From NCBI GenBank assembly GCA_035656295.1, contig DASRSU010000008.1, forward strand, positions 8,110 through 72,109: a stretch of DNA of 64,000 bases. The letters run 5' to 3'. This document shows positions 1-10,675 of the stretch, one piece after another. The translations under genes were made by a program, and so were the position numbers. The stretch's first letter is position 1; every line of letters starts with the position of its first letter. The notes under the pieces were generated by a model, which saw only the letters and a program-made list of their open reading frames with translations, was not told the DNA's origin and did no database searches. The stretch is from Candidatus Bathyarchaeia archaeon. Lineage in GTDB: Archaea > Thermoproteota > Bathyarchaeia > 40CM-2-53-6.

Positions 1-1125
1 AAGTGGGGAAAATGCGATTGCAGATGCGAGTGGTGCAATGTCGCTCATTCTGGGGAGCCTGGACGACCAACGTTATTCTGACCCAATATCGCGAGAGGAT
101 AGGCGTTTATTGCCGACGAAGCCCATTGATTTTACGAGGAGAAATATGACTTGAGTTCCACGGACCAATGTCATATTACAGGATTATTGGACTCCAGTCG
201 TGGCAGAAACATGTGGGAATCACCAGACACCACAGCATTTTTTGCACCAAAGTTCATCTCTCGTGTGCTCTCACGATCCTTCCACGAATATTTCCTGACA
301 TTGCTACGGCTCTGAAATAGTTAGGACTCCACTAGTGACCAAGCCCCGTTCCTCCAGTTCTTTCAACCGTCTCTCCCACTCCCGGAACTGTTGATCGCGC
401 AGTATCGTGTTCGGCACATGCGGTGTGCGCATGTGCGCGGGTCCAGTGTCCTGTTCAGCAAGCGATAGTTCCCGATTCTTCATTGTCTCCTCTGAGATCC
501 GTTGGCTTTCGCGCAGCGGATACAATGGCTCGCGTCGCAGTGTTTCCTGGCTTGGCAGCCTCTTTTTTTTCTTACAGAGATTGTCAACTAGGGTCTGGCT
601 ATCTTCTGTTCTTTCCTGGTTCTCTTCTCGTTCCATTTTCCATTTCTCGCCTTCAGCTTGGGCGTCTCCTTTCGTAGGCGTGTCAATTCTTCTCCCGGAG
701 AAAACTCCCGGAGACCTGGACTAATCAGCCTAGATTAGAGAGGGGACGTTGTCTACGGACGATATCCGTCTCGACTCCTTTTTAAGCGATGTCGTTCCCG
801 AGAATCCGTTTGTCGTCCGGGACGTTAATCGTCTGACAAGGACGAAAAAATACATTGACACACGAGGAAAGAAACGCACCATAACTCGTCTATCAGGGCT
901 AGATAGATATGGCCACATGCAACAGTTTAGCCGAGTTAAGGATCACTTTTCGTCCAATATTTTCCGGGCCGACGTAGAAAAACGTCTATCTCGTATCATC
1001 CTGACGCACATCCAAAGACGTTAGACATCTGACAACGACATCCAGCTACATTTCTCGAAAAAAACGGCGGAGATTCTCAACCACTAGAGGGCATATCCAA
1101 AAAAAATCTCGCGAGACCCCGCGTT

Positions 1126-2304
1126 TCAAAGCTTCAGATCCCCCGTCTCACCGAGGGCCCGGTAGGCGTTCAGCGTTACCCACTTACTAGGCTCTCCGAC
1201 CTTCTCAACTCTGACCGGCTCCTTCCGTCCCTTACCTGAAGGATAGAAGGAATCTCCTTCCGTCCACCAGTCGCCCTCAAGGTTCCATCTACCATCAGGC
1301 CTACGCTTCGACAATACCACTTGCACCGCGCTCCTAGTCCTCTCATCATCCGCAAAGCCAAGCTTCGTCAAAACCCTGAGTCCATGCAGTACATCGTAAA
1401 AGTAGTACATGGGAAAATGCAGCCGTGTAAAGAACGGATACGTCTCACGCCAGTGATGATTATCCGACTTGTACACATGATGCATCAACAAAAACTCCGT
1501 ACCATTCTCAATCGACCTCTTCATCCTCCGCGTCCACTTACTACGCGGAATCTCGCTGTACGCCCACAACGGTTCGATAGTGCTCATGAAGGAGCTGTGT
1601 TTCACCTTCTTCTCTGGAAAATCACAGTTCCAGCCACCATCCTCCAACTGCTGCACCGGCAACCAGTCAACCGCCGTCTTCACTCGCCGATCATTACCAT
1701 ATCCTAACCGGATCAATGTCCGAATCATGTTACCCGTCAAACACGGCTCATCCCACCGCTTCCCACGAGTCTCAAGCCTGCTCGGACAGACGAAAGAACC
1801 TGACTCATTCTGATGCAGATCCATGAATCTCTCAGCCTCAGCCTTGATCCTCTCATCAGCTGGCACAGCCAGCTCAGCCAACAATATCAATGGCCAGACC
1901 GCACTAGTCCATTTCGGCCGGTAACAGGTGTCCTTTGGCGGCCAGAACCCTGATTTGGTCTGCTTCGCCATGATATTCCGGACAATCCGGGACCCCGGAA
2001 TCTTCTTCTTGGCCGCTACCACATCAGTGTCCTTGGGTCCCCGGTGCAGCAGTTCGGTGAGAGCTAGGTATCGTACGGAGGGATTGCTAGGCTCTAGAAG
2101 CCAATCCAGTGTTTGCTTATCGAAAGACGGCACGAACACGGGAGAACAAGGAAGGCCCAAAATAGGTTTTGCTGGCGAACGTATTCTGCCTCGCCCAAGG
2201 GAAGATACTTTAGAAAACAGCCGGGCCACGGACTTGAACCAGTTGAACCCGAAGCAGGAGTCAGACCGACCGGTCAAGAGTCTGGTCAGCGGTGGGATTG
2301 CCAT
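1126..2304 (-). CDS. alpha/alpha-toroid prenyltransferase / terpene-cyclase-like repeat protein (hypothetical)
   Basis: Long minus ORF (listed as 1126..2499) with Trp/Tyr/Gly-rich repeats (EDGGWNCDF, DGRWNLEGDWW) typical of prenyltransferase/squalene-cyclase repeat proteins. Start placed at internal Met (residue 66 of listed ORF) to remove a ~160 nt antisense overlap with the SRPBCC gene; the 5' end is uncertain. Confidence 0.45.
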   Translation of the reverse strand: MAIPPLTRLLTGRSDSCFGFNWFKSVARLFSKVSSLGRGRIRSPAKPILGLPCSPVFVPSFDKQTLDWLLEPSNPSVRYLALTELLHRGPKDTDVVAAKKKIPGSRIVRNIMAKQTKSGFWPPKDTCYRPKWTSAVWPLILLAELAVPADERIKAEAERFMDLHQNESGSFVCPSRLETRGKRWDEPCLTGNMIRTLIRLGYGNDRRVKTAVDWLPVQQLEDGGWNCDFPEKKVKHSSFMSTIEPLWAYSEIPRSKWTRRMKRSIENGTEFLLMHHVYKSDNHHWRETYPFFTRLHFPMYYFYDVLHGLRVLTKLGFADDERTRSAVQVVLSKRRPDGRWNLEGDWWTEGDSFYPSGKGRKEPVRVEKVGEPSKWVTLNAYRALGETGDLKL

Positions 2305-2335
2305 AAAGGAGGTTTCTATCCATGTCGTCCCGTCA

Positions 2336-2803
2336 ATGGTCTTTGCCGCTTTGACAAAGCCCTCAAAGCTGAACACGTGGTTCACAACAGGGGCCAAGGT
2401 TGATCTTCGCGTTGGAGGCCGGTACTCTAACTTTGACAAGGATGCTGGTAGATTCCTCGAGATTGTTCCGAACAAACGACTCAGGTTCACATGGGACAAC
2501 CCTGATCATGCACCTGGTACCATCGTAGAGGTAGTTCTGACAAGAAACCGTGGGAGCACGATCGTCACACTACTACACTACGGGTTTAGCAAGAAGACAG
2601 ATTTCGAACATTACTCTTCACAAGCTTCTGGCTGGGACTGGGCACTATACAATCTAAAGGCCTATCTTGAAAAGAAGACCGTCGTCCAGTACGAAGAATG
2701 GCTCGAGAGGGAGAAATTGGTGTTTTCCAAGTCCGTTTTCGGATCCAACCCGCGGCTGCGAAAGGTCACCGCGAAGGACGAGGCAGAATCCCACGAGCTA
2801 TAG
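2336..2803 (+). CDS. SRPBCC / Aha1-domain (AHSA1-like) protein
   Basis: C-terminal 155 aa of ORF 1928..2803 (ALTKPSKLNTWF...VGGRY...RFTWDNPD...VTLLHYGF) matches the Aha1/SRPBCC fold pattern. Start at the in-frame ATG at 2336; the upstream 136 codons overlap the opposite-strand gene and look non-coding. AGGAGG at 2305-2310. Confidence 0.7.
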   Translation: MVFAALTKPSKLNTWFTTGAKVDLRVGGRYSNFDKDAGRFLEIVPNKRLRFTWDNPDHAPGTIVEVVLTRNRGSTIVTLLHYGFSKKTDFEHYSSQASGWDWALYNLKAYLEKKTVVQYEEWLEREKLVFSKSVFGSNPRLRKVTAKDEAESHEL

Positions 2804-3040
2804 CCACGTCATAGACACGTACGCATGGATAGAATATTTCCGAGCCTCGGGTGAGGGCGAGACGGCCCGAAAGTATATTGAGCAAGAAGTCTCATCAAGA
2901 ATAAGCCATAGCCAGCCGAAGTCCCGAAACTATCCAGAACTAGAGTGACCTACTCAGCACAGGCAGAAGGAATATATCGGCTTATGCTCCGAAACGCGTG
3001 GTGCAGAATGGTTGAAGCCGATTCGTTCGTGCTTGGCGAT

Positions 3041-3325
3041 TCACGCCAGTTCGGCGTCAGCCCGGTGTTCTTCTTCTTTCCAGTCCTTCAGCCTGCCACG
3101 AATCCTCTTCTGAAACCTTTCGAGCCTGAGGTCGGTGCTCAGTGAGAAGATTGGGTCGTTGGGATCTGCTTTCTCCGAGAGGAGGAGTAGTCGTGTGGCT
3201 ACTCTTAGTGCTTCTTTGAGGCTCAGCCCATGTTTCTCGGCGTAGCTCACTAACAGATTGTAGTCGGCCTTAGTAAGTTCCGTCTGGACAACTCTCACGG
3301 TATACGTTCCATGATCATGGACCAT
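3041..3325 (-). CDS. small hypothetical protein (possible ribbon-helix-helix-like)
   Basis: 94-aa ORF with a charged helical composition; no recognised family. Confidence 0.3.
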   Translation of the reverse strand: MVHDHGTYTVRVVQTELTKADYNLLVSYAEKHGLSLKEALRVATRLLLLSEKADPNDPIFSLSTDLRLERFQKRIRGRLKDWKEEEHRADAELA

Positions 3326-4110
3326 TTAAGAAATCGACTGGCCCCGATCAAAGAAGTGGACACGCTATCCTACCTCAAGCGAATTCGCTACGGAGGATCC
3401 GTTCAGCCCCGAATCGACGTTCTACGTAGGCTACACCGTCAACATTTGCTCACTGTACCCTTCGAGAATCTCGACATCCGCATGGGCCGACCAATCATCC
3501 TCGACCAACCCTTGTTCTTCCAGAACATTGTAACGAATTGTCGTGGCGGCTATTGCTACGAATTGAACGGATGCTTTGAGTGGCTGTTGAAGAGTCTTGG
3601 TTTTCAGGTGTCAATGCTCTCCGCGAGCGTGGCAACAAAGAACGACAGTTTCAGCCCAGACTTTGACCATATGCTACTGCTGGTCCATCTCAAGGAGCAT
3701 TGGCTGGCTGACGTCGGGTTCGGCGACCTGTTCACAGAACCAAAACAACTCAACAATTCCAACCCACAAGGGATAATGGGCGGCTGTACAAGATCAAGAA
3801 CGAAAATCGTAGAAGAGTCCTGTCCCGCTGGAACGAAGACACAAGTCAGTGGGAACCTCAGTACCGATTCAGCTTACAATCACGAAAGCTGACAGACTTC
3901 GCTACCAGGAATCGGTATCAGCAGACCTCGCCTATGTCTCATTTTACCCGAGGACGGTTGATAAGCAAACTTACACGTACAGGCAGGGTCACTCTCACTG
4001 ACAAGAGACTCATCGTGACAACTGGCAAGAAGCGCATCGAACGCTCTATTAAGAGCAGAAGAGAGTTCGATCAGCTATTGGCAAAACATTTCCAACTGAA
4101 AGTTGCGTGA
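3311..4110 (+). pseudogene. arylamine N-acetyltransferase (NAT family), disrupted by a -1 frameshift near 3770
   Basis: The N-terminal part (3311..~3780) carries the NAT motifs LTVPFENLDI and RGGYCYELNG (catalytic Cys). The C-terminal part continues in the -1 frame (DNGRLYKIKNE...LTDKRLIVTTGKKRIERSIKSRREFDQLLAKHFQLKVA, stop at 4108-4110) with no start of its own. Confidence 0.85.
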
Positions 4111-4133
4111 GAAACCACTGGTATGCTTAATTG

Positions 4134-4556
4134 TCACGACTCGAGTACGACATTCAATCTTCTAAGAGTCATTTTGTGTCTAAGAATAATGTCTCGCCCA
4201 AGGATGCTGTTGACGTTTTCGAGAAACGCTTTCCTTTCCGCTGGATCATTGCCTTGGAATAACAGAGCTCTCATTGGTTCAAAATCGTAATTCTTTCCAA
4301 CGAGGTTTAGTCTAACATGCTCCGGATACACGTACTGTTTGAGGACGTTTCCTGCTGTGAAGATTACTTCGTCGGTTTCCTGTAGCTTGTCTCTCTGGAT
4401 TCCCAGTTTCAAGAAATCTCCTTCTGAAACCTGAGTAAAAGTTGCACCAGTGTCTATTAGAAACCAGACTACTTCCGTGACATTTGCTGGAAAAATGGTC
4501 ACTCTTACTTGAATGCGGGGGCCCTTCGCAAGATCAACGACCCCGCTCTGTCGCAA
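4134..4556 (-). CDS. retropepsin-like (clan AA) aspartic protease
   Basis: 140 aa with the D-T/S-G-A active-site motif in hydrophobic context (FLIDTGATFTQV) and a length typical of single-domain retropepsin-like proteases. Confidence 0.7.
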   Translation of the reverse strand: MRQSGVVDLAKGPRIQVRVTIFPANVTEVVWFLIDTGATFTQVSEGDFLKLGIQRDKLQETDEVIFTAGNVLKQYVYPEHVRLNLVGKNYDFEPMRALLFQGNDPAERKAFLENVNSILGRDIILRHKMTLRRLNVVLES

Positions 4557-4563
4557 TCGTCCT

Positions 4564-4848
4564 TCAGATTATCATGTTGCGCGGTTTTGCGCCTATGAAT
4601 TCTGTCGCGAATCCGATTGTGCTTCCGTGTTTGTCTTTGAGTCTCTGGAGTAATGGCTCTAGGTCAGAGTCTGAGTCGACAATTTTCTTGTCTTTTACCG
4701 CTATCCATTTGTCTGGATACTCGCCGCGGAGCTTGTTGTAGTTCCTGACTATCCAGTCCATATCCTGGTTCGGAGCAGCAACCTTAGAGCCTTTAGTTAC
4801 TCTCATTTCTACCTGGAGGCCCATTTTGCTAGATTCCTCCCTTTGCAT
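4564..4848 (-). CDS. small hypothetical protein, co-directional and 7 nt upstream of the retropepsin-like protease
   Basis: 94-aa ORF (YPDKWIAVKDKKIV...), tightly packed with 4134..4556, suggesting a two-gene unit. Confidence 0.45.
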   Translation of the reverse strand: MQREESSKMGLQVEMRVTKGSKVAAPNQDMDWIVRNYNKLRGEYPDKWIAVKDKKIVDSDSDLEPLLQRLKDKHGSTIGFATEFIGAKPRNMII

Positions 4849-5064
4849 GTCTCAATAACTCCCGGAATTTGCTCCCACTGTAACCGTCCTAACACCTTGT
4901 CATATTAAGAATGGTAATACCCCAGTAATACGTGTATCCACAATCCAATGCTATCCAACCTTATCGTACAGGAAATTAGCGCCTTATCCAAGTCAAGGAT
5001 GACCGGTACAACGTACTACATCTGCTAGAGCTAGTGTCGAAGGTAGAATAGAACCCGGCATGAC

Positions 5065-5670
5065 CTATGCCCGCTTGTGCGGGGGTGATTGGAGGAATAT
5101 GGCCTTGAACCCTTCGAGCCAGGCCCGTTTAGCTTCTGGAACAGAAAGCCCCGAGACCATGAGCGTCTCGATCCCATTCCACAAACCAATGGCCGCATAT
5201 GTTATGGAGCGCAAGTCTAGCTGATCACTGACAAATCCTTTCTTCTGCAATTGGCCTAAGAAGCTTGTCAGGACATCCACATATTCGTCCTGGGTTTTCT
5301 TGAGCACGCGTCTAAGACTCGGGTTGCGTGACGCTTCCGAGAATATTTCAAAGCCGAGTCCCAAATTCCCCTCGTACCGCTTCACCATCTTATCGAAAAA
5401 TTCGCTGGCGCTCTCGATCGGATTCTTCCTCTCATCGAAGCTTGAGTACAGAATCTCTTTCAGAGCGAGTGGTTCCGTCCGGCTTACTTCTTCGAACAAT
5501 TCTTCCTTACTTGCAAAATACAGGTACAGCGCACCCTTGCTTACGCCAATCTTCTTTGCAACATCGTCCATCGTCGCCTGGCGGTATCCTTTCTCCGCGA
5601 ATACTTGGTTTGCAGCATCAAGGATCCGGCCCTTCGCTTCTTCCTTATACTCCGGCACGACTCGAGGCAT
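5065..5670 (-). CDS. TetR/AcrR-family transcriptional regulator
   Basis: N-terminal TetR HTH ([44 protein letters not shown]). The ORF opens at TTG 5679; the first ATG is at 5670. Divergent from the ABC operon. Confidence 0.9.
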   Translation of the reverse strand: MPRVVPEYKEEAKGRILDAANQVFAEKGYRQATMDDVAKKIGVSKGALYLYFASKEELFEEVSRTEPLALKEILYSSFDERKNPIESASEFFDKMVKRYEGNLGLGFEIFSEASRNPSLRRVLKKTQDEYVDVLTSFLGQLQKKGFVSDQLDLRSITYAAIGLWNGIETLMVSGLSVPEAKRAWLEGFKAIFLQSPPHKRA

Positions 5671-5705
5671 TTCTATCAATCCGTACGCTCAACCTGGTAT
5701 TTAAA

Positions 5706-5758
5706 ATGACTGATGCGTCTGTGGAATGACCGATGCGCTTAAATACTGACCAATCAGT
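5706..5758. promoter_or_regulatory. candidate operator/promoter: three direct repeats aTGACyrAT(G/C) with TGAC at 5707, 5727, 5747 (exact 20-bp phasing) plus TTTAAAA / CTTAAATA AT-boxes
   Basis: Read directly in the 102-bp TetR-ABC intergenic region: atgactgatgcgt / atgaccgatgcgc / ctgaccaatcagt. The third unit is palindromic with the first (tgactgat / atcagtca). Confidence 0.35.
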
Positions 5759-5781
5759 CACTTTCACCAAGTGGTAAACAG

Positions 5782-6732
5782 ATGATCAATCCCTCTGCTG
5801 GATCCGACAAGATTGTCCAAGTAGAGAATCTCTCAAAGAAGTACGGAAATATTACAGCGGTCAACGGGATCTCATTCAACCTCACCAAAGGCGAAATCTT
5901 CGCTTTCCTAGGTCCTAACGGAGCCGGGAAAACCACCACCGTGGAAATCCTAGAAACTCTCCGAAACCCGACTGGCGGTCGAGCACATGTCCTCGGTTAC
6001 GACGTTAGCAAACGCACAGACCAAGCCGAAATCCGGAAACGCATTGGTGTCCTCCCACAGGATTTCAATGCAATCGACCGGCTAACAGTCCGAGAGAATA
6101 TCAATTATTTCGGAGCCATGTTCAAACACCAACTGGACGCGGACCAACTCATCGAACAGGTCGATCTAAAGGATAAACGAGACGAACAGTTCAAGAGTCT
6201 CTCTGGCGGGTTGAAACAACGAGTCGGCCTAGCAGTAGCCCTTGTAAACGATCCCACCCTCGTCTTCCTTGATGAGCCCACAACAGGCCTCGACCCACGC
6301 GCACGTCGGGATGTATGGGGCGTTATCGAACGGTTGAAGAAACAGGGAAAGACAGTCTTTCTAACAACTCACTACATGGACGAGGCCGAGTATCTGGCAG
6401 ACATCGTCTCGATCATTAACAATGGCCAAATCATTGCGTTGGGAACACCTGACCAGTTGATAGACTCCTACGGCGGTAAGAAGACGCTAATCATCCGCGA
6501 CGCAGGCCCACAGGGTCTCAAACAGCTACCACCGAACATTTCGAAAGCGGATCTACGCAACGCTGGTGACATCGCAATACCCCTCAACAATGGAGAACTC
6601 ACCAACATACTCCTCGAAATAGGGAAAACCCCGCTTCACGATAAGGAGATCGAGGTCAGACGTCCCACGCTGGACGATGTCTTTCTCAACCTTACCGGGC
6701 GTAGAGTGTCCGAGGAGGGAAACGGTGCATGA
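5782..6732 (+). CDS. ABC transporter ATP-binding protein
   Basis: Walker A GPNGAGKTT, ABC signature LSGGLKQRV, Walker B LVFLDEPTTGLD, H-loop TTHYM. Confidence 0.92.
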   Translation: MINPSAGSDKIVQVENLSKKYGNITAVNGISFNLTKGEIFAFLGPNGAGKTTTVEILETLRNPTGGRAHVLGYDVSKRTDQAEIRKRIGVLPQDFNAIDRLTVRENINYFGAMFKHQLDADQLIEQVDLKDKRDEQFKSLSGGLKQRVGLAVALVNDPTLVFLDEPTTGLDPRARRDVWGVIERLKKQGKTVFLTTHYMDEAEYLADIVSIINNGQIIALGTPDQLIDSYGGKKTLIIRDAGPQGLKQLPPNISKADLRNAGDIAIPLNNGELTNILLEIGKTPLHDKEIEVRRPTLDDVFLNLTGRRVSEEGNGA

Positions 6733-7844
6733 CCCGGGTCACAACCATCATAATTGGCCACTTCAAAGGCTGGTATCGCAGCAGAAGCAACATCTTCTGG
6801 ACAATCGCCTTCCCGCTTCTGCTCATAGTCCTGTTCGGCGCAATCTTCGGAAGCGGCAGCACAAAGTTCGACCTATACCTCCAGAACCAAGACCTCAACG
6901 GGAACGTTCCCACCACGTACTCACAAGGCTATGTACAGGTCCTCAACCATACTGGAGCCTTTAACCTCCGAATGATACCTGCAGAAAACACGAACCCGCT
7001 CGGCTATGTGAAAGATGACGCACAAGTCCACAACAGAGGCCAACGATTACTAGTAATACCCCTTGGCTTCCAGACGGAACTCAATACGAAACACAATGCA
7101 AGCATTCAGCTGTACATGGACAATAGTGATCAAGCTTCTGCAAGCCTCGCTGGCATAGTCACAGCAGCCACAACCTCGTACGCATCCCAATTCGCCACCA
7201 ACCCGGCCAGCCTGACAGTGAGCCAGGTGCCAATTGTTACCAGAAACGTCCGGTACATTGATTTCTTCATACCCGGAGTCATCGGCATGACACTGCTCAC
7301 CACAGGCGTCTTCGGCGCCGTAAACACGAACGGCAGATACAGGGAACTGAAGATCATCAAGAAACTGGCCACTACCCCCTTGAGCAAGATCGAATGGATC
7401 CTGGGAATGGTAGGCTACCAGATGATTCTCGCCACGATCTCGCTCGCGGTCATACTCGTATTTGGCTGGGCCATCTTCGGCGTAAACGCCACCATCACCA
7501 TCTACACCGCGGGACTCGTATTCGCCGCCGCATTACTATTCCCAGGTATAGGAATGGTCCTAGCCAACTTCGTCAGAGAAGCCGAATCAGCCGATGCAGC
7601 CGCCAATGCGATAACATTCCCGATGATGTTTCTCGCGGGCACGTTCTGGCCCCGCGAGACCCTACCTGATATTCTGAAGGTCCTCGCCAACTTCATGCCA
7701 TTGACCTACATCAACGATGGATTACGGGATGCAATGATCTATCTCGCACCAGCCCAGGCATTCAACAACATGATCATAGCACTCGGCCTCGCAGCATTCT
7801 TCATCGTCCTTGGCAGTTTGCTCATGAACTGGAAAGAAGAATAG
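6729..7844 (+). CDS. ABC-2 family transporter permease
   Basis: ATGA start/stop overlap with the ATPase gene; multi-TM 371-aa protein with ABC-2 permease topology (N-terminal TM, large loop, five C-terminal TMs). Confidence 0.8.
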   Translation: MTRVTTIIIGHFKGWYRSRSNIFWTIAFPLLLIVLFGAIFGSGSTKFDLYLQNQDLNGNVPTTYSQGYVQVLNHTGAFNLRMIPAENTNPLGYVKDDAQVHNRGQRLLVIPLGFQTELNTKHNASIQLYMDNSDQASASLAGIVTAATTSYASQFATNPASLTVSQVPIVTRNVRYIDFFIPGVIGMTLLTTGVFGAVNTNGRYRELKIIKKLATTPLSKIEWILGMVGYQMILATISLAVILVFGWAIFGVNATITIYTAGLVFAAALLFPGIGMVLANFVREAESADAAANAITFPMMFLAGTFWPRETLPDILKVLANFMPLTYINDGLRDAMIYLAPAQAFNNMIIALGLAAFFIVLGSLLMNWKEE

Positions 7845-7848
7845 CGAG

Positions 7849-8267
7849 ATGAGCATCCAGGCAATCGCAAACGAGCCCCGAAAACTCACGGTAGTTGTTG
7901 CCGCGAACCTTGCTGTACTTGGCGTGCACGCTACGGCCCACTCGATACTTGGCGTAGTCTTATCAGATTTTCAGTCACTCTTCGTGTTATTGGCAATGAT
8001 TATTGGGCCTATCGTTGCGGTCCCACTCCTGTTTACTCATCTTCGCGTGGGACTGTGGCTGTTGCTACTCTCAATGCTACATCCTTCGTCTTCGGCTTCG
8101 TCTACCATCTCATACTCCCTGGCGTAGACAACATCTTCACTCTCCCAGCGGGTGATTGGAAAATCGTCTTTCAATTCACGACTGTGCTCCTAGGAGTTTT
8201 GGAGGCAGCAGGAGCTCTGCTTCCTGCGTTGGGACTGTTGAAATTCAGGACAGTGAAAATTTCCTAG
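7849..8267 (+). CDS. small hydrophobic membrane protein, possibly split by a frameshift (ORFs 7849..8127 and 8055..8267)
   Basis: Two overlapping hydrophobic ORFs in adjacent frames; the second has no independent upstream context. Confidence 0.3.
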
Positions 8268-8561
8268 TCTCGGCTCCGACGATTACGTCTTGCGATCCTA
8301 CGAGCCTTCCGCTTGGCCTGTTTCTTTCTAACAACTAGAATTAGAGATAGGACCGCTGCAAGTCCTGTGATGATAATTACAGTGTTACTCAAAATTGTAT
8401 TCGCCCCAATCTTCGAACCGACGACCACATTGCCAGGCTACTAGAACAGTCTGTTACCGGAGCTCTACTGCTCGTTGAGTGTGAACTACGCTGCCACAAG
8501 CCGTCGATAGATTTAACCACACATCCCAAAATCCAAGACTATAGGACCAAGTGAAGACCAC

Positions 8562-8972
8562 TTGAAACCAACTCGAATCCTTGCCAACCTAGTCGGCATG
8601 ATGCTCTTCGTCCAAGTGATCCTTGGAGGAGGCGCCGTATTGTTGGGCTGGGACATAAACTATCACACCGCCTGGGGAGTAGTCACTTTCATCACATTGA
8701 TCATTGCCACCGTACTGGCATTCCGGAATTACGGCCAACAGTCGAACATGTTCAAGGTTGGAATCGCCGCCATAGCCGACTATGTTCTCCAGATAGCCTT
8801 AGGCTTCGTTGCCCTGAACGTGACCGTGAACACCGGATTGACTGTCGTCATACATCTCACTAACGCGTTCGTGCCGGGAGTCTTTACAACCTACTTCATC
8901 AGTTTCGCGGACAGCGCTGAGAAAACTGGTGCCATTCTCCATACTGCGACAACTAACCCATTTCAGTCATAG
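8562..8972 (+). CDS. hypothetical integral membrane protein (4 TM)
   Basis: 136-aa ORF with four hydrophobic segments. Confidence 0.45.
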   Translation: MKPTRILANLVGMMLFVQVILGGGAVLLGWDINYHTAWGVVTFITLIIATVLAFRNYGQQSNMFKVGIAAIADYVLQIALGFVALNVTVNTGLTVVIHLTNAFVPGVFTTYFISFADSAEKTGAILHTATTNPFQS

Positions 8973-9051
8973 CTCTAAGATTCTGCAACCACAATCCATT
9001 TTTCACGTGGAAGCATTTCTATTCTAGCTCAAAGCCTGAGACTGACGACAC

Positions 9052-9423
9052 TTGACCCTGATTCTGCACATTGCAACCCGACAAGAGTGGGAGAATGCAC
9101 AGTCTCTCGGAATCTACAGGACGCGATCGCTCGACACGCAGGGTTTCATCTACTGTTCCTATCCAGATCAGCTGGTCAAGATCGCAAACCAGCTATTCCA
9201 TGGACACAAAGATCTCGTATTGCTATTAATCGAATCGAACCGTGTCCATTCTGACGTTCGAGAAGATGAAGGAACAGACACTCACCCATACATCTACGGT
9301 CCACTAAACCTCGATTCCGTGTCAAGAGTACTTGATTTCAGACCCAACAAGTACGGGGATTTTGAAATGCCAGCGAATCTGGCTCAGCCCCCAAAAAAGG
9401 AATCCGCTAAACCTACTGTATGA
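9052..9423 (+). CDS. DUF952-family protein
   Basis: N-terminal pattern MTLILHIATRQEWENAQ...GFIYCSYPDQLVKIANQLFHG..DLVLLLIE matches DUF952 proteins. Confidence 0.6.
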   Translation: MTLILHIATRQEWENAQSLGIYRTRSLDTQGFIYCSYPDQLVKIANQLFHGHKDLVLLLIESNRVHSDVREDEGTDTHPYIYGPLNLDSVSRVLDFRPNKYGDFEMPANLAQPPKKESAKPTV

Positions 9424-9477
9424 TCGGCGTTGAGTCAGCCTCCACAAGCCAATGATCACTGCTAGCCCGAGAACCCT

Positions 9478-9891
9478 CTATTGTTTCTTCTTGGCGTCTG
9501 CTCTCTCGGTAAGCTTTCTTGAGAAACGTACTTTGACATCCTTTCCTTTCACAGCGTGGGAAAGTACTCCTGGCTTTGAGACTGCGTCTTCGACTTCGGG
9601 AGAGATGTTGATTCTAGTCTTGAAGACGGGCATTGGTTCAAGGGTGACGATATCTGGGGCACCGTCTACCTCAATTATGTGAGGGATCCTGATCGCATTC
9701 TCGACGGACATGAGCACGTCCTTTTCTAATGGTAGCTTCGAAATTTCTTTCATAGTATCATCCCCTAAGTAGTAGCTTGCAGTTCCTGCAATCTTCGCGA
9801 TCTGTCGCACTTTCTTAGCGCTGCTCGTCCCCGCGATTTTTGCCAGCTTCCTAGTTGACGAGGGCCCGTTCACAATCAGTGCCTTGACCAT
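9478..9891 (-). CDS. hypothetical protein with tandem helix-hairpin-helix-like repeats (LAKIAGTSSAKKV / IAKIAGTAS)
   Basis: 137-aa basic protein with a duplicated KIAGT motif reminiscent of HhH DNA-binding motifs; no confident family assignment. Confidence 0.35.
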   Translation of the reverse strand: MVKALIVNGPSSTRKLAKIAGTSSAKKVRQIAKIAGTASYYLGDDTMKEISKLPLEKDVLMSVENAIRIPHIIEVDGAPDIVTLEPMPVFKTRINISPEVEDAVSKPGVLSHAVKGKDVKVRFSRKLTERADAKKKQ

Positions 9892-10285
9892 TTTGGCAGT
9901 GATACGAGAATCATCGACTTTCTTCGGCAGCTTTCATGCCTCTGAATATATGACGTGAATACGGACATATATACGCATTGTTAACAAATATTCACTTTCG
10001 GGTCGATGCCCAACTCTTAACTCAGATTTACCCAGACCAACTTCGGGAGCTTGACTGACCAGACAACAGTCGAAGAATGGCATGCCTGCAGGCTACTAAT
10101 CAGAATCGGCACTTACATCCTCACACCCGGGATCGCGTTTGGACTGGTCGGCCTCTACCTATCAGTACAATACAAACCCGTACTCTACCTTCTCGCCGGT
10201 CTAATCATCACTGGCATCGTATTGCTCGCAGGCGGATACGGTTGCAAGCTGGCATGGAAACGAAAATACACGAGCAAGGCCTAGA

Positions 10286-10666
10286 TTGGCAAGACCATGG
10301 ATACCCGTACTCCCCCCAGGAACAAGCGACCGCGCAATAGCCGCCTTCGACAAGATCAGCTCAGACGATGATTTCAGGATCGTTCTGGTAAGCATTTACC
10401 AGAAAAATGTCGCATCACTTCAGTACGTGAAGACGGACTTTCTTCTGAAGATCATGGTCCAGGATCTCCTCGAAAAATTCGACAATCTCGATCGGATCGA
10501 AGTATCGAAAGAAGAATTAGCAGCACTCAGACAGGCAAAACTTGCAGTAGACTCTGCCGCGACTAAATGGAAAGAACAGAGAGCCTACGCTTGCACGCTA
10601 CTCGTTATTCTCACACTGAGAAAGATGGTCCAGGAGAACCTGGTAAAATTAGAGATCCAAGAGTAG
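10286..10666 (+). CDS. hypothetical protein
   Basis: 126-aa ORF; upstream 10051..10284 is a 77-aa 2-TM ORF in the same orientation. Confidence 0.35.
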   Translation: MARPWIPVLPPGTSDRAIAAFDKISSDDDFRIVLVSIYQKNVASLQYVKTDFLLKIMVQDLLEKFDNLDRIEVSKEELAALRQAKLAVDSAATKWKEQRAYACTLLVILTLRKMVQENLVKLEIQE

Positions 10667-10675
10667 CTGTTAGAG

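Noticed and set aside
1928-2335. 5' extension of ORF 1928..2803 (136 codons) overlapping the opposite-strand 457-aa ORF
   Set aside because: Only the C-terminal 155 aa show the SRPBCC/Aha1 pattern and an internal ATG at 2336 fits. The extension is low-complexity and antisense to a better gene, so it is treated as non-coding.
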